The notes under the pieces were generated by a model, which saw only the letters and a program-made list of their open reading frames with translations, had not been told where the DNA came from and did not search any database. The position numbers and the translations under genes were made by a program. DNA of 54,939 bases, taken from Candidatus Uhrbacteria bacterium (GTDB lineage Bacteria; Patescibacteriota; Patescibacteriia; UBA9934; GWF2-40-263). Positions 26,992 through 35,696 of this stretch are shown in pieces (within the stretch, counting starts at the first letter, position 1; every line of letters starts with the position of its first letter). The DNA lies in NCBI GenBank assembly GCA_026395055.1, contig JAPLZK010000002.1:1-54939 (forward strand), written 5' to 3'.

Positions 26992-27019
26992 ACAAAAAAA
27001 CGATGCGTTCTACATCGTT
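26992..27019 (-). terminator. intrinsic terminator after purC
   Basis: Minus strand: AACGATG tagaacg CATCGTT TTTTTTG. Confidence 0.55.
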
Positions 27020-27023
27020 CAGT

Positions 27024-28025
27024 TTAATCAATCTCCATTATGCGTTCTTGGAATGTCGGTAAACTCATGCCGGTCAGGCGGATGAAGATCTGGTGGTAGC
27101 GCTCGACCGTCTGGCCGATCACGTCGCGTGGGATTTCCCAACGGCTCGCGAGTTCGGCGTTCAGGAGGGTTGTGTCGAGTGAGCTTAGATCAATGAGCTT
27201 GCCGTCGATTATTGCCTTCTTGCCCGCTTGGCGGACGGGTTCCTTGTCGAAACCAGAAGGTGAGGTGCGTTTGTGAACGGCGATTCCGTACGCATTGCGG
27301 TCCCAGAAACGACAGGAGTCGGGGGTGATGACTTCGTCCGCGAGGGTTCCGTCGATTCCAAGTTCGATCTTCATGTCCGCGATGATGATCCCGCGTTCAA
27401 GAGCGAATTCTGCAGCACGCTCGTAAACTTCGAGAGTCACACGACTTGGCATTTCGCCGTACTTGAGGAGCACAGATTCTGCGGTGATGTGTTCGTCGTG
27501 GCCATAGGTGGGTTTGGTTGTTGGTGTAAAAAGAGCGGGGACGAGTTTGGAGCCGTCGTGCAGCCCATTGGGGAGTTCGTGGCCACAAATCTTTCCTTCG
27601 ACTCGATAAGCCTTGAGTCCGGTTCCCGTAAGGTACCCGCGCGCGATGCATTCGATCGGAAGCATCTGCAGCTTCTTTACAATGAGCGCGCGCTTTTGAA
27701 GCTGTGGCAAAGAACGGAGTGAGCTCGGCAAATACGTGTCCATTTCGGGGCCGCACGCAATCAAATGATGCGGCAGATCTGCGAACAATTGGCGGAGCCA
27801 GAACACGGTCATGGCCGTCAGGATTTCGCCCTTACGCGGAATGAGGTATCCAAGCACAAAGTCGAAAATGCTGAGGCGATCTGTTGCGACGACAAGGAGC
27901 TTGTCCGGGTGTCCTGGAAGTTCGTATGTATCGCGGACTTTGCCTTGGTGAATACGCTTGAGGCGCTTTCTAAGAACTTCGGATGACAATCTGTCTTCTG
28001 CAACCATGAATGGAATTGTTGTCAT
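27024..28025 (-). CDS. purC: phosphoribosylaminoimidazole-succinocarboxamide (SAICAR) synthase, long form
   Basis: GKVRDTYE, LLVVATDRLSIFDFVL, IPRKGEILT, IIADMKIELG, DEVITPDSCRFW. AGGAGA SD. GC-rich. Confidence 0.88.
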   Translation of the reverse strand: MTTIPFMVAEDRLSSEVLRKRLKRIHQGKVRDTYELPGHPDKLLVVATDRLSIFDFVLGYLIPRKGEILTAMTVFWLRQLFADLPHHLIACGPEMDTYLPSSLRSLPQLQKRALIVKKLQMLPIECIARGYLTGTGLKAYRVEGKICGHELPNGLHDGSKLVPALFTPTTKPTYGHDEHITAESVLLKYGEMPSRVTLEVYERAAEFALERGIIIADMKIELGIDGTLADEVITPDSCRFWDRNAYGIAVHKRTSPSGFDKEPVRQAGKKAIIDGKLIDLSSLDTTLLNAELASRWEIPRDVIGQTVERYHQIFIRLTGMSLPTFQERIMEID

Positions 28026-28171
28026 GATCGTTTCTCCTCTTTTGAATCACGTATTTGTCGAATTTCGACATGTGGACGTTAGCATGTGAGACTGATTGTA
28101 ACAAGAAAGGAGACGTGAAAGGTTTTATTTAAAGTGCTATACTATAAATAATTATTCCTTAAATCTTTTTT

Positions 28172-28372
28172 ATGCAAAATATGTCTTGCCCATGTCCGCA
28201 TCACAAAGCTGTTCCTTTGTTCATCACCCTTATTGGTCTCGCCTTTTTACTTAAGGCTCTTGGGTACATGTCCGCCGGAACGGTAGATATTGCTTGGCCA
28301 ATCCTTCTTGTGTTGGTTGGTTTACAAAAGATGATGGGCGGAGCTTGCAAGTGTTGTGAAATGAAAAAGTAA
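28172..28372 (+). CDS. small Cys-rich membrane protein (66 aa)
   Basis: ORF track. CPCPHH at the N-terminus, two hydrophobic helices, CKCC at the C-terminus. Followed by a strong terminator. Confidence 0.5.
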   Translation: MQNMSCPCPHHKAVPLFITLIGLAFLLKALGYMSAGTVDIAWPILLVLVGLQKMMGGACKCCEMKK

Positions 28373-28373
28373 A

Positions 28374-28408
28374 TAAAAAAACACCGGTATTTGTGCCGGT
28401 GTTTTTTA
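28374..28408. terminator. bidirectional terminator (small protein gene / tlyA)
   Basis: AAAAAAA CACCGG tatttgtg CCGGTG TTTTTT. Confidence 0.7.
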
Positions 28409-28957
28409 TTTCTTTTTTATGTGCATGAGCCATTCTGTGTTTCCACCTTTGCTTCCAACAATAGGGGATTCAACTTCGCCAAGAACCTTGACCTCAAATT
28501 TTGATAAAGTCTCTCTTACATCCGCAAGGACTTCTGCCACATGTTCTTCTGGGAGTTTTCCTTTGCGCAGTTGTCGCGGTGATGCTTCGTAATGTGGTTT
28601 GATGAGCGCAATAATCTCGCCAGTGGGTTTTAGATTTGCGATGGCATTGCCAATAGTATTTTCAATACGTGTCCAACTTGTGTCCATAGAGATGAGGTCG
28701 ACCTTCTCTGGCAGCTCGACGTGCATAGCATTTGTACGTTCCATGACAACAACACGCGGATCGTTTCGTAATTTCCAATCAAGAAGACCGTAACCTGTTT
28801 CTACCGCATATACTTTTGCTGCGCCACTTTGCAAGAGACAATCCACAAATCCGCCCGTAGATGCACCAAAATCCGCACAGGTTTTTCCTGTCACATTCAT
28901 CTTGAATGTTGTGAGAGCATGTTCGAGCTTTTCTCCCGCGCGTGAAGCAAACGTCAT
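28406..28957 (-). CDS. tlyA: TlyA-family rRNA 2'-O-methyltransferase (FtsJ-like domain only, no S4 domain)
   Basis: SAM-binding GKTCADFGASTGGFVDCLLQSGAAKVYAVE. ATG 28957 forms an ATGA overlap with the maf stop (tcat 28954-28957). Confidence 0.75.
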   Translation of the reverse strand: MTFASRAGEKLEHALTTFKMNVTGKTCADFGASTGGFVDCLLQSGAAKVYAVETGYGLLDWKLRNDPRVVVMERTNAMHVELPEKVDLISMDTSWTRIENTIGNAIANLKPTGEIIALIKPHYEASPRQLRKGKLPEEHVAEVLADVRETLSKFEVKVLGEVESPIVGSKGGNTEWLMHIKKK

Positions 28958-29532
28958 AATGCATCGCATCCAACTTGTTTTAAAAGTGATTGCACAAGTT
29001 CAAGTGGGAGACCTTCGATACTATCGAGTGAACCTTCAATGTGATCAACGTATGCATCAATGATTGGATCATTCACAATAAACGAACCACTTGAGATGAG
29101 GATACGACCGTCTGCAATAAGGCGATCGATGAGATCGTCTGGAATGGAGGAGAAATATACTTTTGCGAAATCAACATCACAAACTCTTTGTCCGGTAGAA
29201 GTGTTTGCAACACAAACAGCTGTAGCTGTTCCGGGTGGAATGGAACGGTGTTGAATGAGATGTTCTTTCGCTTCCTCCTTTGACACAGGTTTTTCCATGA
29301 TGAGACCATTCGAAACAACGACCTGGTCTGAGGTGATCACAAACGCGGGCTCCGTGACTTTCAAGAGCACGGCGTCCATTTTTGCATTTGCAATTGCGGT
29401 GACAAGTGTTTTTGGATCATTGAACCGAATCGATTTTTCATCAATGTTCGGTTCGATCACATCAAACGACTGTCCCAATTTTTTCAGGACAGCTTGTCGA
29501 AATGGGGAAGAGGATCCAAGGATGAGTTTCAT
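28954..29532 (-). CDS. maf: Maf-like nucleoside triphosphate pyrophosphatase
   Basis: MKLILGSSSPFRQAVLKKLG... and overall Maf length and pattern. Confidence 0.88.
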   Translation of the reverse strand: MKLILGSSSPFRQAVLKKLGQSFDVIEPNIDEKSIRFNDPKTLVTAIANAKMDAVLLKVTEPAFVITSDQVVVSNGLIMEKPVSKEEAKEHLIQHRSIPPGTATAVCVANTSTGQRVCDVDFAKVYFSSIPDDLIDRLIADGRILISSGSFIVNDPIIDAYVDHIEGSLDSIEGLPLELVQSLLKQVGCDAL

Positions 29533-29611
29533 ATGTGCGTACGATAATCGGTTTTTTTGTTCTAGGCAAGATAGTTTTTATATCCTATGAATTGTGTTAT
29601 TCTTTTCTTGT

Positions 29612-30019
29612 ATGGCATACGAACGTAGACCTCCTGAAGCAATGCGTGAGGCAGAAATGCAATCCCTCAAGAAATTGGTGGACGAATCTTTGGTGCTCGC
29701 TCCAAAATATGAACGGCTTCCTCTTGCTGTTTATCGAGCCCTCGACAATCACGGATACAAGGACGCAGATCGAGTGCGTATGTATAAAGCCATTATGGCG
29801 GAAATGACCAAGCGTAGTCAGGCGAAGGCGAAGACAATAAGAGAGGCAAAGCAGGCAGAGCTCGCAGCTCACGCTGCGCCAACGAATACATCAGAACCAG
29901 CAACGTCAGATGTGTCACCAAGCTTCAAGGTCACCGCGGCTGTGTTGCGTGACGCACGCGCACATGAACTGCGACAACCACGCAGTGCGTGGGATCCAGA
30001 TCATCCGGAAAATTCTTAA
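29612..30019 (+). CDS. hypothetical protein (135 aa)
   Basis: ATG 29612 (MAYERRPPEA...) within ORF 29594-30019. Convergent with trmD. No family recognised. Confidence 0.5.
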   Translation: MAYERRPPEAMREAEMQSLKKLVDESLVLAPKYERLPLAVYRALDNHGYKDADRVRMYKAIMAEMTKRSQAKAKTIREAKQAELAAHAAPTNTSEPATSDVSPSFKVTAAVLRDARAHELRQPRSAWDPDHPENS

Positions 30020-30032
30020 ACGAAAAGCGAGA

Positions 30033-30710
30033 TTACTCTCGCTTCTTTTTTTTGCTCTGATCTTCGCGCCACGTTTCAATTTTTTTATGGTCTCCTGACA
30101 AGAGAATTTCCGGGACACTCCATTTTTTATACGTCTCTGGTTTTGTATATTGTGGATATTCAAGATAGCCTTCTTCTGTGTGTGACTCTTTGTCGAGCGA
30201 TGCTTCTGCACCAAGGACTCCCGGAATATTTCTTGCAATCGCATCTGTCATGACAAGTGCAGGAAGTTCACCGCCCGTCAGCACATAGTTCCCGATAGAG
30301 AATGTTTCATCAACAAGATTATCTTCTACACGTTGATCAATGCCTTCATAACGACCGCACAGAAAGATGATTTGTTTGTAAGAAGCGAGTCTTCGCGCAT
30401 CGTCTTGCGTAAAACTCTTTCCATTTGCCGCCGTCAAAATCACCCTCGTCCCTAATCCCTTGCCCCTTGCCACTTTTTTAATTTTTTTGAGCGCCAAATC
30501 GAATGGTTCTACCTTCATAACCATTCCGGGGCCACCGCCGTAGGGTGTGTCATCAACCTTATGGTGTTTGTCTGTTGAATAAGTTCGAATGTCATGCGCT
30601 TTAACCTCAATCAATTTTGCTTTTTGCGCGCGTCCAAGTATAGATTCTTTTGTATAAGAATCGATCATGGCTGGAAAAATCGTCAGGATGTCGAATTGCA
30701 GTTTTTTCAT
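30033..30710 (-). CDS. trmD: tRNA (guanine37-N1)-methyltransferase
   Basis: FDILTIFPAM, TPYGGGPGMVMK, CGRYEGIDQRV, YVLTGGELPA. Confidence 0.93.
   Translation of the reverse strand: MKKLQFDILTIFPAMIDSYTKESILGRAQKAKLIEVKAHDIRTYSTDKHHKVDDTPYGGGPGMVMKVEPFDLALKKIKKVARGKGLGTRVILTAANGKSFTQDDARRLASYKQIIFLCGRYEGIDQRVEDNLVDETFSIGNYVLTGGELPALVMTDAIARNIPGVLGAEASLDKESHTEEGYLEYPQYTKPETYKKWSVPEILLSGDHKKIETWREDQSKKKKRE
30443..30471. repeat. single C-tract arm of the G/C-tract repeat family, in-frame inside trmD
   Basis: CCCTCGTCCCTAATCCCTTGCCCCTTGCC (core CCCTAATCCCTT 30450-30461). Read on the minus strand it encodes VARGKGLGTRV. Confidence 0.6.
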
Positions 30711-30757
30711 AAAATAAAATCAGCTGCGATTATCGTAGCTGATTTTTGTTTTTTATT

Positions 30758-31114
30758 CTAGATTCCGAGGTCGTCCACAGACGTGGTGTCCATGTGTGTG
30801 TCTGTACCGACGCTTCCGCCCATAGATTCTTGACGAGACGACATGTGTTGTTGTCTTGAACCTTCTGGTTCATAAATTTTGAGGTTCACGCGGGCGTTTG
30901 CCTTTGCTCCTACAATCTTTAGAAGTGTACGTACAGCGCGAGCGGTTTGACCTTGGCGACCAATGACGTAACCCATGTCCTCTTGATTGATGTGAAGAGT
31001 GATGAGAACACCACGTTCGTCTACGATACGTTCTGTGGACACGTCATCCGGATGGTTGACGATTGCACGAATGACGTACTCGACGAATGTTTGGTCGAAT
31101 TCTTTTTCTGCCAT
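30758..31114 (-). CDS. KH-domain RNA-binding protein (YlqC/UPF0109-like) with C-terminal tail
   Basis: MGYVIGRQGQTARAVRTLLKIVG (GXXG KH motif). Lies upstream of trmD, as in rpsP operons. Confidence 0.85.
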   Translation of the reverse strand: MAEKEFDQTFVEYVIRAIVNHPDDVSTERIVDERGVLITLHINQEDMGYVIGRQGQTARAVRTLLKIVGAKANARVNLKIYEPEGSRQQHMSSRQESMGGSVGTDTHMDTTSVDDLGI

Positions 31115-31295
31115 AGCTGGTTCTTACATTTGTTACAGTTCTTGAAGTTCGTTTCCGCTTTAGCTGTCGACCTATGCAAGCATGGATGCATGCCAGAAGC
31201 GAAAAAACGAATACCTAAATAATACGAATATTTCCCCCTTTCGTCAACGAGATGAAAGCTGTGGAAAACCTGGGTATTTCTGGCCCCGTCTGCCC

Positions 31296-31324
31296 TTGAC
31301 AGGTTTTTCCTCCTCCTATAAAAT
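31296..31324 (+). promoter_or_regulatory. sigma70-type promoter of the 16S rRNA operon
   Basis: TTGACA (31296-31301), 17 nt, TAAAAT (31319-31324). Confidence 0.6.
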
Positions 31325-31419
31325 GCCGCCACGAGTCACAAATCTCTGAATCAGCGAAACTCATTTGAGGTCACACTCTCTGAGCATAAAATGTGCCTTG
31401 TACAGTCCATTACAATTAA

Positions 31420-31478
31420 GCGAATCTATAATAAAGAGCTAGTAGCATCACACTTATCCTTTGTGTGATTGCAACGTC
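31420..31478 (+). other. 16S leader arm of the pre-rRNA processing stem
   Basis: TGTGATTGCAACGTC pairs perfectly (15 bp) with GACGTTGCAATCACA (33098-33112). GCGAATCTATAATAAAGAGCT pairs imperfectly with AAGCTTCTTTATGAATAGAATTCGC (to 33146). Confidence 0.7.
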
Positions 31479-31518
31479 TTATTTTTCAGCTGAACTTATC
31501 ACCCTCGGGTGGTAAGGT

Positions 31519-33009
<1,491 letters not shown>

Positions 33010-33097
33010 CTAGGGATATCAGAAACCCTCGGGTTTCAATCGATCCTAGGTCGAGATCAATTACATTGATTGGACACGTATCGTAAGATACACAACT

Positions 33098-33146
33098 GAC
33101 GTTGCAATCACATAGAGTGATAAGCTTCTTTATGAATAGAATTCGC
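33098..33146 (+). other. 16S trailer arm of the pre-rRNA processing stem
   Basis: Complement of 31420-31478 (see that entry). Confidence 0.7.
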
Positions 33147-33158
33147 TTAGTTTAAAAA

Positions 33159-33187
33159 CATCGCCTGTGACGGCGATGTTTTTGTTT
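33159..33187 (+). terminator. intrinsic terminator of the 16S unit
   Basis: CATCGCC tgtgac GGCGATG TTTTTGTTT. Confidence 0.7.
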
Positions 33188-33205
33188 GCTTAATATGTGA
33201 ATCCA

Positions 33206-33234
33206 TTGACAAAATCCCACTTTTCTGATAGATT
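33206..33234 (+). promoter_or_regulatory. sigma70-type promoter of 33291-33929
   Basis: TTGACA (33206-33211), 17 nt, TAGATT (33229-33234). Confidence 0.55.
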
Positions 33235-33290
33235 AGGCGGTTCGTGTCGATTGATTGATGGAACAAAAATTTTCTTAGAGTGAGGTTGTG

Positions 33291-33683
33291 ATGACGGGAG
33301 CCAATTGGTTCTTTCTGGTGCGACAGTTGGTTGGATACGCACACGAGTTGCAAAATCCGAAAGATATTTACGTGCAGCAGAAGTTGTCTGTATTTCTTCG
33401 AGACCGAACGTCTTGTTTTCGAAGCGCAGAACTTTTGTCATCTGATCAATTGCTGCCAGACGGACATGAAGGTTTTCGTATTCACGTCTCTGTGGATGCG
33501 CTCGATGATCAATACTTCGAGTTTCTGCGCAAGCGTGACGGAACGTACGCGTTCCGATCCGCAGTCGCATTTCCGAAACTTACGTTCGAAGCCGCGTTCG
33601 ATTTCGAGAACATGACTGAACAAACGAAAATGTTATTGGAATATGATTTCAATAGGGGGCTCGAGCGGTTGCTCGTGGCCTAA
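33291..33683 (+). CDS. hypothetical protein (130 aa)
   Basis: ORF track 33288-33683, with ATG 33291 after GTGAGG. GC-rich. No family recognised. Confidence 0.65.
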   Translation: MTGANWFFLVRQLVGYAHELQNPKDIYVQQKLSVFLRDRTSCFRSAELLSSDQLLPDGHEGFRIHVSVDALDDQYFEFLRKRDGTYAFRSAVAFPKLTFEAAFDFENMTEQTKMLLEYDFNRGLERLLVA

Positions 33684-33719
33684 ACAACCAGTAGGACATA
33701 TCGGAATAAGGAGAAGACC

Positions 33720-33929
33720 ATGTGGAAACATGTAGTGTTCGAAGAACGTACGTTTGGATCTGCTGAGGAAGTACGAGTTGCTGTTTGTGCATTCTTGTCG
33801 GAGAACAACCTTACGCCCGCAGACGTTCAAATTGTGGAAACACGTTTTTACGGCTTGAGTGGCCCGACAGCAAACCTTTCGGTTACGGTTTACTGGTCCG
33901 AAAATACGATTCGTCGACGCCCCGCCTAG
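33720..33929 (+). CDS. hypothetical protein (69 aa)
   Basis: ORF track. AAGGAGAAG 6 nt upstream. Terminator follows. Confidence 0.65.
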   Translation: MWKHVVFEERTFGSAEEVRVAVCAFLSENNLTPADVQIVETRFYGLSGPTANLSVTVYWSENTIRRRPA

Positions 33930-33935
33930 GCACTT

Positions 33936-33962
33936 ACACCCCAACTCTTTGGGGTGTTTTTC
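33936..33962 (+). terminator. intrinsic terminator
   Basis: ACACCCC aactcttt GGGGTGT TTTT. Confidence 0.65.
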
Positions 33963-33963
33963 G

Positions 33964-33992
33964 TTGACATGAATACGTTTTCATGCTAAATT
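33964..33992 (+). promoter_or_regulatory. sigma70-type promoter of 34037-35094
   Basis: TTGACA (33964-33969), 17 nt, TAAATT (33987-33992). This argues against the ORF-track start at 33983. Confidence 0.55.
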
Positions 33993-34036
33993 CCAACGTC
34001 TCGAACATGAATGTTTGGGGCGTGAAGGAGTGTGAA

Positions 34037-34663
34037 ATGCGTGATCATCCGCTTGGAAATGCTCTACAGATTGTTTATACATCGATGCAAAAACCGATCT
34101 CGGAGTTTCTGAGAACTGTTGATCTGTATCTCCCGGGCGGTGTTCGCACCAAAGCCGATGAGCATGTTCTCTGCGAAGCTCTCACGAAAGATGGTTGGGA
34201 GATTTCCGGAGTGCATGGAGAAATCCGTGCGACACTGGTACAGGGAAATGTGTCCATTGGTCTGTGGCTCGACGCGTTCAGTGGCTCACCTTGGACACTT
34301 CGTTGGGGTTTGTTCAAGCCCTGGGAGACGGATCAGGATGCTCGCTATCAAGCGGGTTACCTCGATCATGTTGAACTGAACATGACTGTTCCTGGCGATG
34401 CTCGTTTCGGACATGGTCGACCAGTTTGCTTTGTTGGCTTTGGTACACATGACCACAAGAACTGGATAGAGTATTGGCAACCGGAGTTGATGCAGAACCA
34501 GCATGTTCTTCCTCGTGGAACACACAGTGAAGATGAACGGACGATTCTACGAATCCTTACGCTTATTGGTGAGGACAGAATTCATCATGACAAAAGTTCA
34601 TTCAAAGAGCCGGGAGACAGACTCTTGCGCGATTTCCACTGGCCAAAAAAGGAGACCCCATGA
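34037..34663 (+). CDS. hypothetical protein (208 aa)
   Basis: ATG 34037 (MRDHPLG...) preceded by AAGGAG. GC-rich. No family recognised. Confidence 0.65.
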   Translation: MRDHPLGNALQIVYTSMQKPISEFLRTVDLYLPGGVRTKADEHVLCEALTKDGWEISGVHGEIRATLVQGNVSIGLWLDAFSGSPWTLRWGLFKPWETDQDARYQAGYLDHVELNMTVPGDARFGHGRPVCFVGFGTHDHKNWIEYWQPELMQNQHVLPRGTHSEDERTILRILTLIGEDRIHHDKSSFKEPGDRLLRDFHWPKKETP

Positions 34664-35094
34664 GCTTGCGAAAACTTCATACGTTGCATCTTGGCATGAA
34701 AGAAAACTTGGATCGAGATCCGACAACAACACCGAATGCGCGTGCAACATTGAAGACAGTTGTTCGTGAGCGTTGGCAGAAAGCTGCGAACACAGCATTC
34801 GATCTCATTCCTAAGGATGTCATGCCGTTTGCGACGGAACAGGCCTGGCATGTCTTTGACGATAAAGCCCCTGGCCCACTCGAAGACTTCTTGGTATCGA
34901 TCGTCACGAGTCCACCGACGCAAGGACATGCGATCCATGTGAAGCAGCAGCGCTTTGCCGCTTGTGATGTGGGCGATGTTTCCGCACTGCTGATTTACAT
35001 GATCAAGCTCGATGCGGCGTGGAAGGAGCTCGGGATTAACTTGCTTGTTGAGCCTGAGGTAGACGGTGTGAAGATCATCTTCTTTGCGACGTAG
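34660..35094 (+). CDS. hypothetical protein (144 aa)
   Basis: ATGA overlap with the preceding gene. AGGAGA upstream. Terminator follows. Confidence 0.65.
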   Translation: MSLRKLHTLHLGMKENLDRDPTTTPNARATLKTVVRERWQKAANTAFDLIPKDVMPFATEQAWHVFDDKAPGPLEDFLVSIVTSPPTQGHAIHVKQQRFAACDVGDVSALLIYMIKLDAAWKELGINLLVEPEVDGVKIIFFAT

Positions 35095-35109
35095 AATTGG
35101 CCCACTCTT

Positions 35110-35138
35110 ACGACCCCCAAACAGGGTCGTTTTTTGTT
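35110..35138 (+). terminator. intrinsic terminator
   Basis: ACGACCC ccaaaca GGGTCGT TTTTTGTT. Confidence 0.7.
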
Positions 35139-35149
35139 GAAAAGTTACC

Positions 35150-35178
35150 TTGACCATTTACCGCCATTTTAGTAATAT
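35150..35178 (+). promoter_or_regulatory. sigma70-type promoter of the tRNA-Ile/Phe/Pro unit
   Basis: TTGACC (35150-35155), 17 nt, TAATAT (35173-35178). Confidence 0.6.
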
Positions 35179-35202
35179 ACCGTTGCTTTCAAGAACGTTT
35201 GA

Positions 35203-35279
35203 GGGCGTGTAGCTCAGGTGGTTAGAGCGCGACACTGATAATGTCGAGGTCGGAGGTTCGAGTCCTCCCACGCCCACCA
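35203..35279 (+). tRNA. tRNA-Ile (anticodon GAU), CCA encoded
   Basis: Acceptor GGGCGTG/CACGCCC, anticodon arm CGACA-CTGATAA-TGTCG, T arm GGAGG-TTCGAGT-CCTCC. Confidence 0.92.
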
Positions 35280-35446
35280 TTCGACTCACTTCGCTCGCTC
35301 ATGGTCTACGACCATGTAATGAGTAATAAGTGAGGCGAATGTCCTGAGCCTGTCGAAGGGCCCAGAGTGTCTTGATAACAACTGTTCATGGTTTATGACC
35401 ATGAGACTGGAAATATTCAAGCGTACAGAAACCACATACAACCCCT

Positions 35447-35521
35447 GCCGGGGTAGCTCAGTGGTAGAGCGAAGGACTGAAAATCCTTGCGTCGCCAGTT
35501 CAATCCTGGCCCTCGGCACCA
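35447..35521 (+). tRNA. tRNA-Phe (anticodon GAA), CCA encoded
   Basis: Acceptor GCCGGGG/CCTCGGC (one G-U pair), anticodon arm AAGGA-CTGAAAA-TCCTT, T arm GCCAG-TTCAATC-CTGGC. Confidence 0.9.
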
Positions 35522-35532
35522 CAGACCTTTTT

Positions 35533-35608
35533 CGGGGCGTAGCGCAGATGGTAGCGCGTCTGGTTTGGGACCAGAAGGCCGCAGGTTCGAATCCTGTCGC
35601 CCCGACCA
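35533..35608 (+). tRNA. tRNA-Pro (anticodon UGG), CCA encoded
   Basis: Acceptor CGGGGCG/CGCCCCG, anticodon arm TCTGG-TTTGGGA-CCAGA, T arm GCAGG-TTCGAAT-CCTGT. Confidence 0.9.
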
Positions 35609-35610
35609 CA

Positions 35611-35645
35611 AAAACCGTGATCCGTGAGATCGCGGTTTTTGTTTT
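35611..35645 (+). terminator. intrinsic terminator of the tRNA unit
   Basis: CCGTGATC cgtga GATCGCGG TTTTTGTTTT. Confidence 0.65.
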
Positions 35646-35660
35646 GAAAAATTTTTGAAT

Positions 35661-35689
35661 AAAAAAATCGAGAACGTGAAGTTCTCGAT
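35661..35689 (-). terminator. intrinsic terminator closing the minus-strand envelope cluster
   Basis: Minus strand: ATCGAGAAC ttcac GTTCTCGAT TTTTTTT. Confidence 0.7.
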
Positions 35690-35696
35690 GAAGTGC

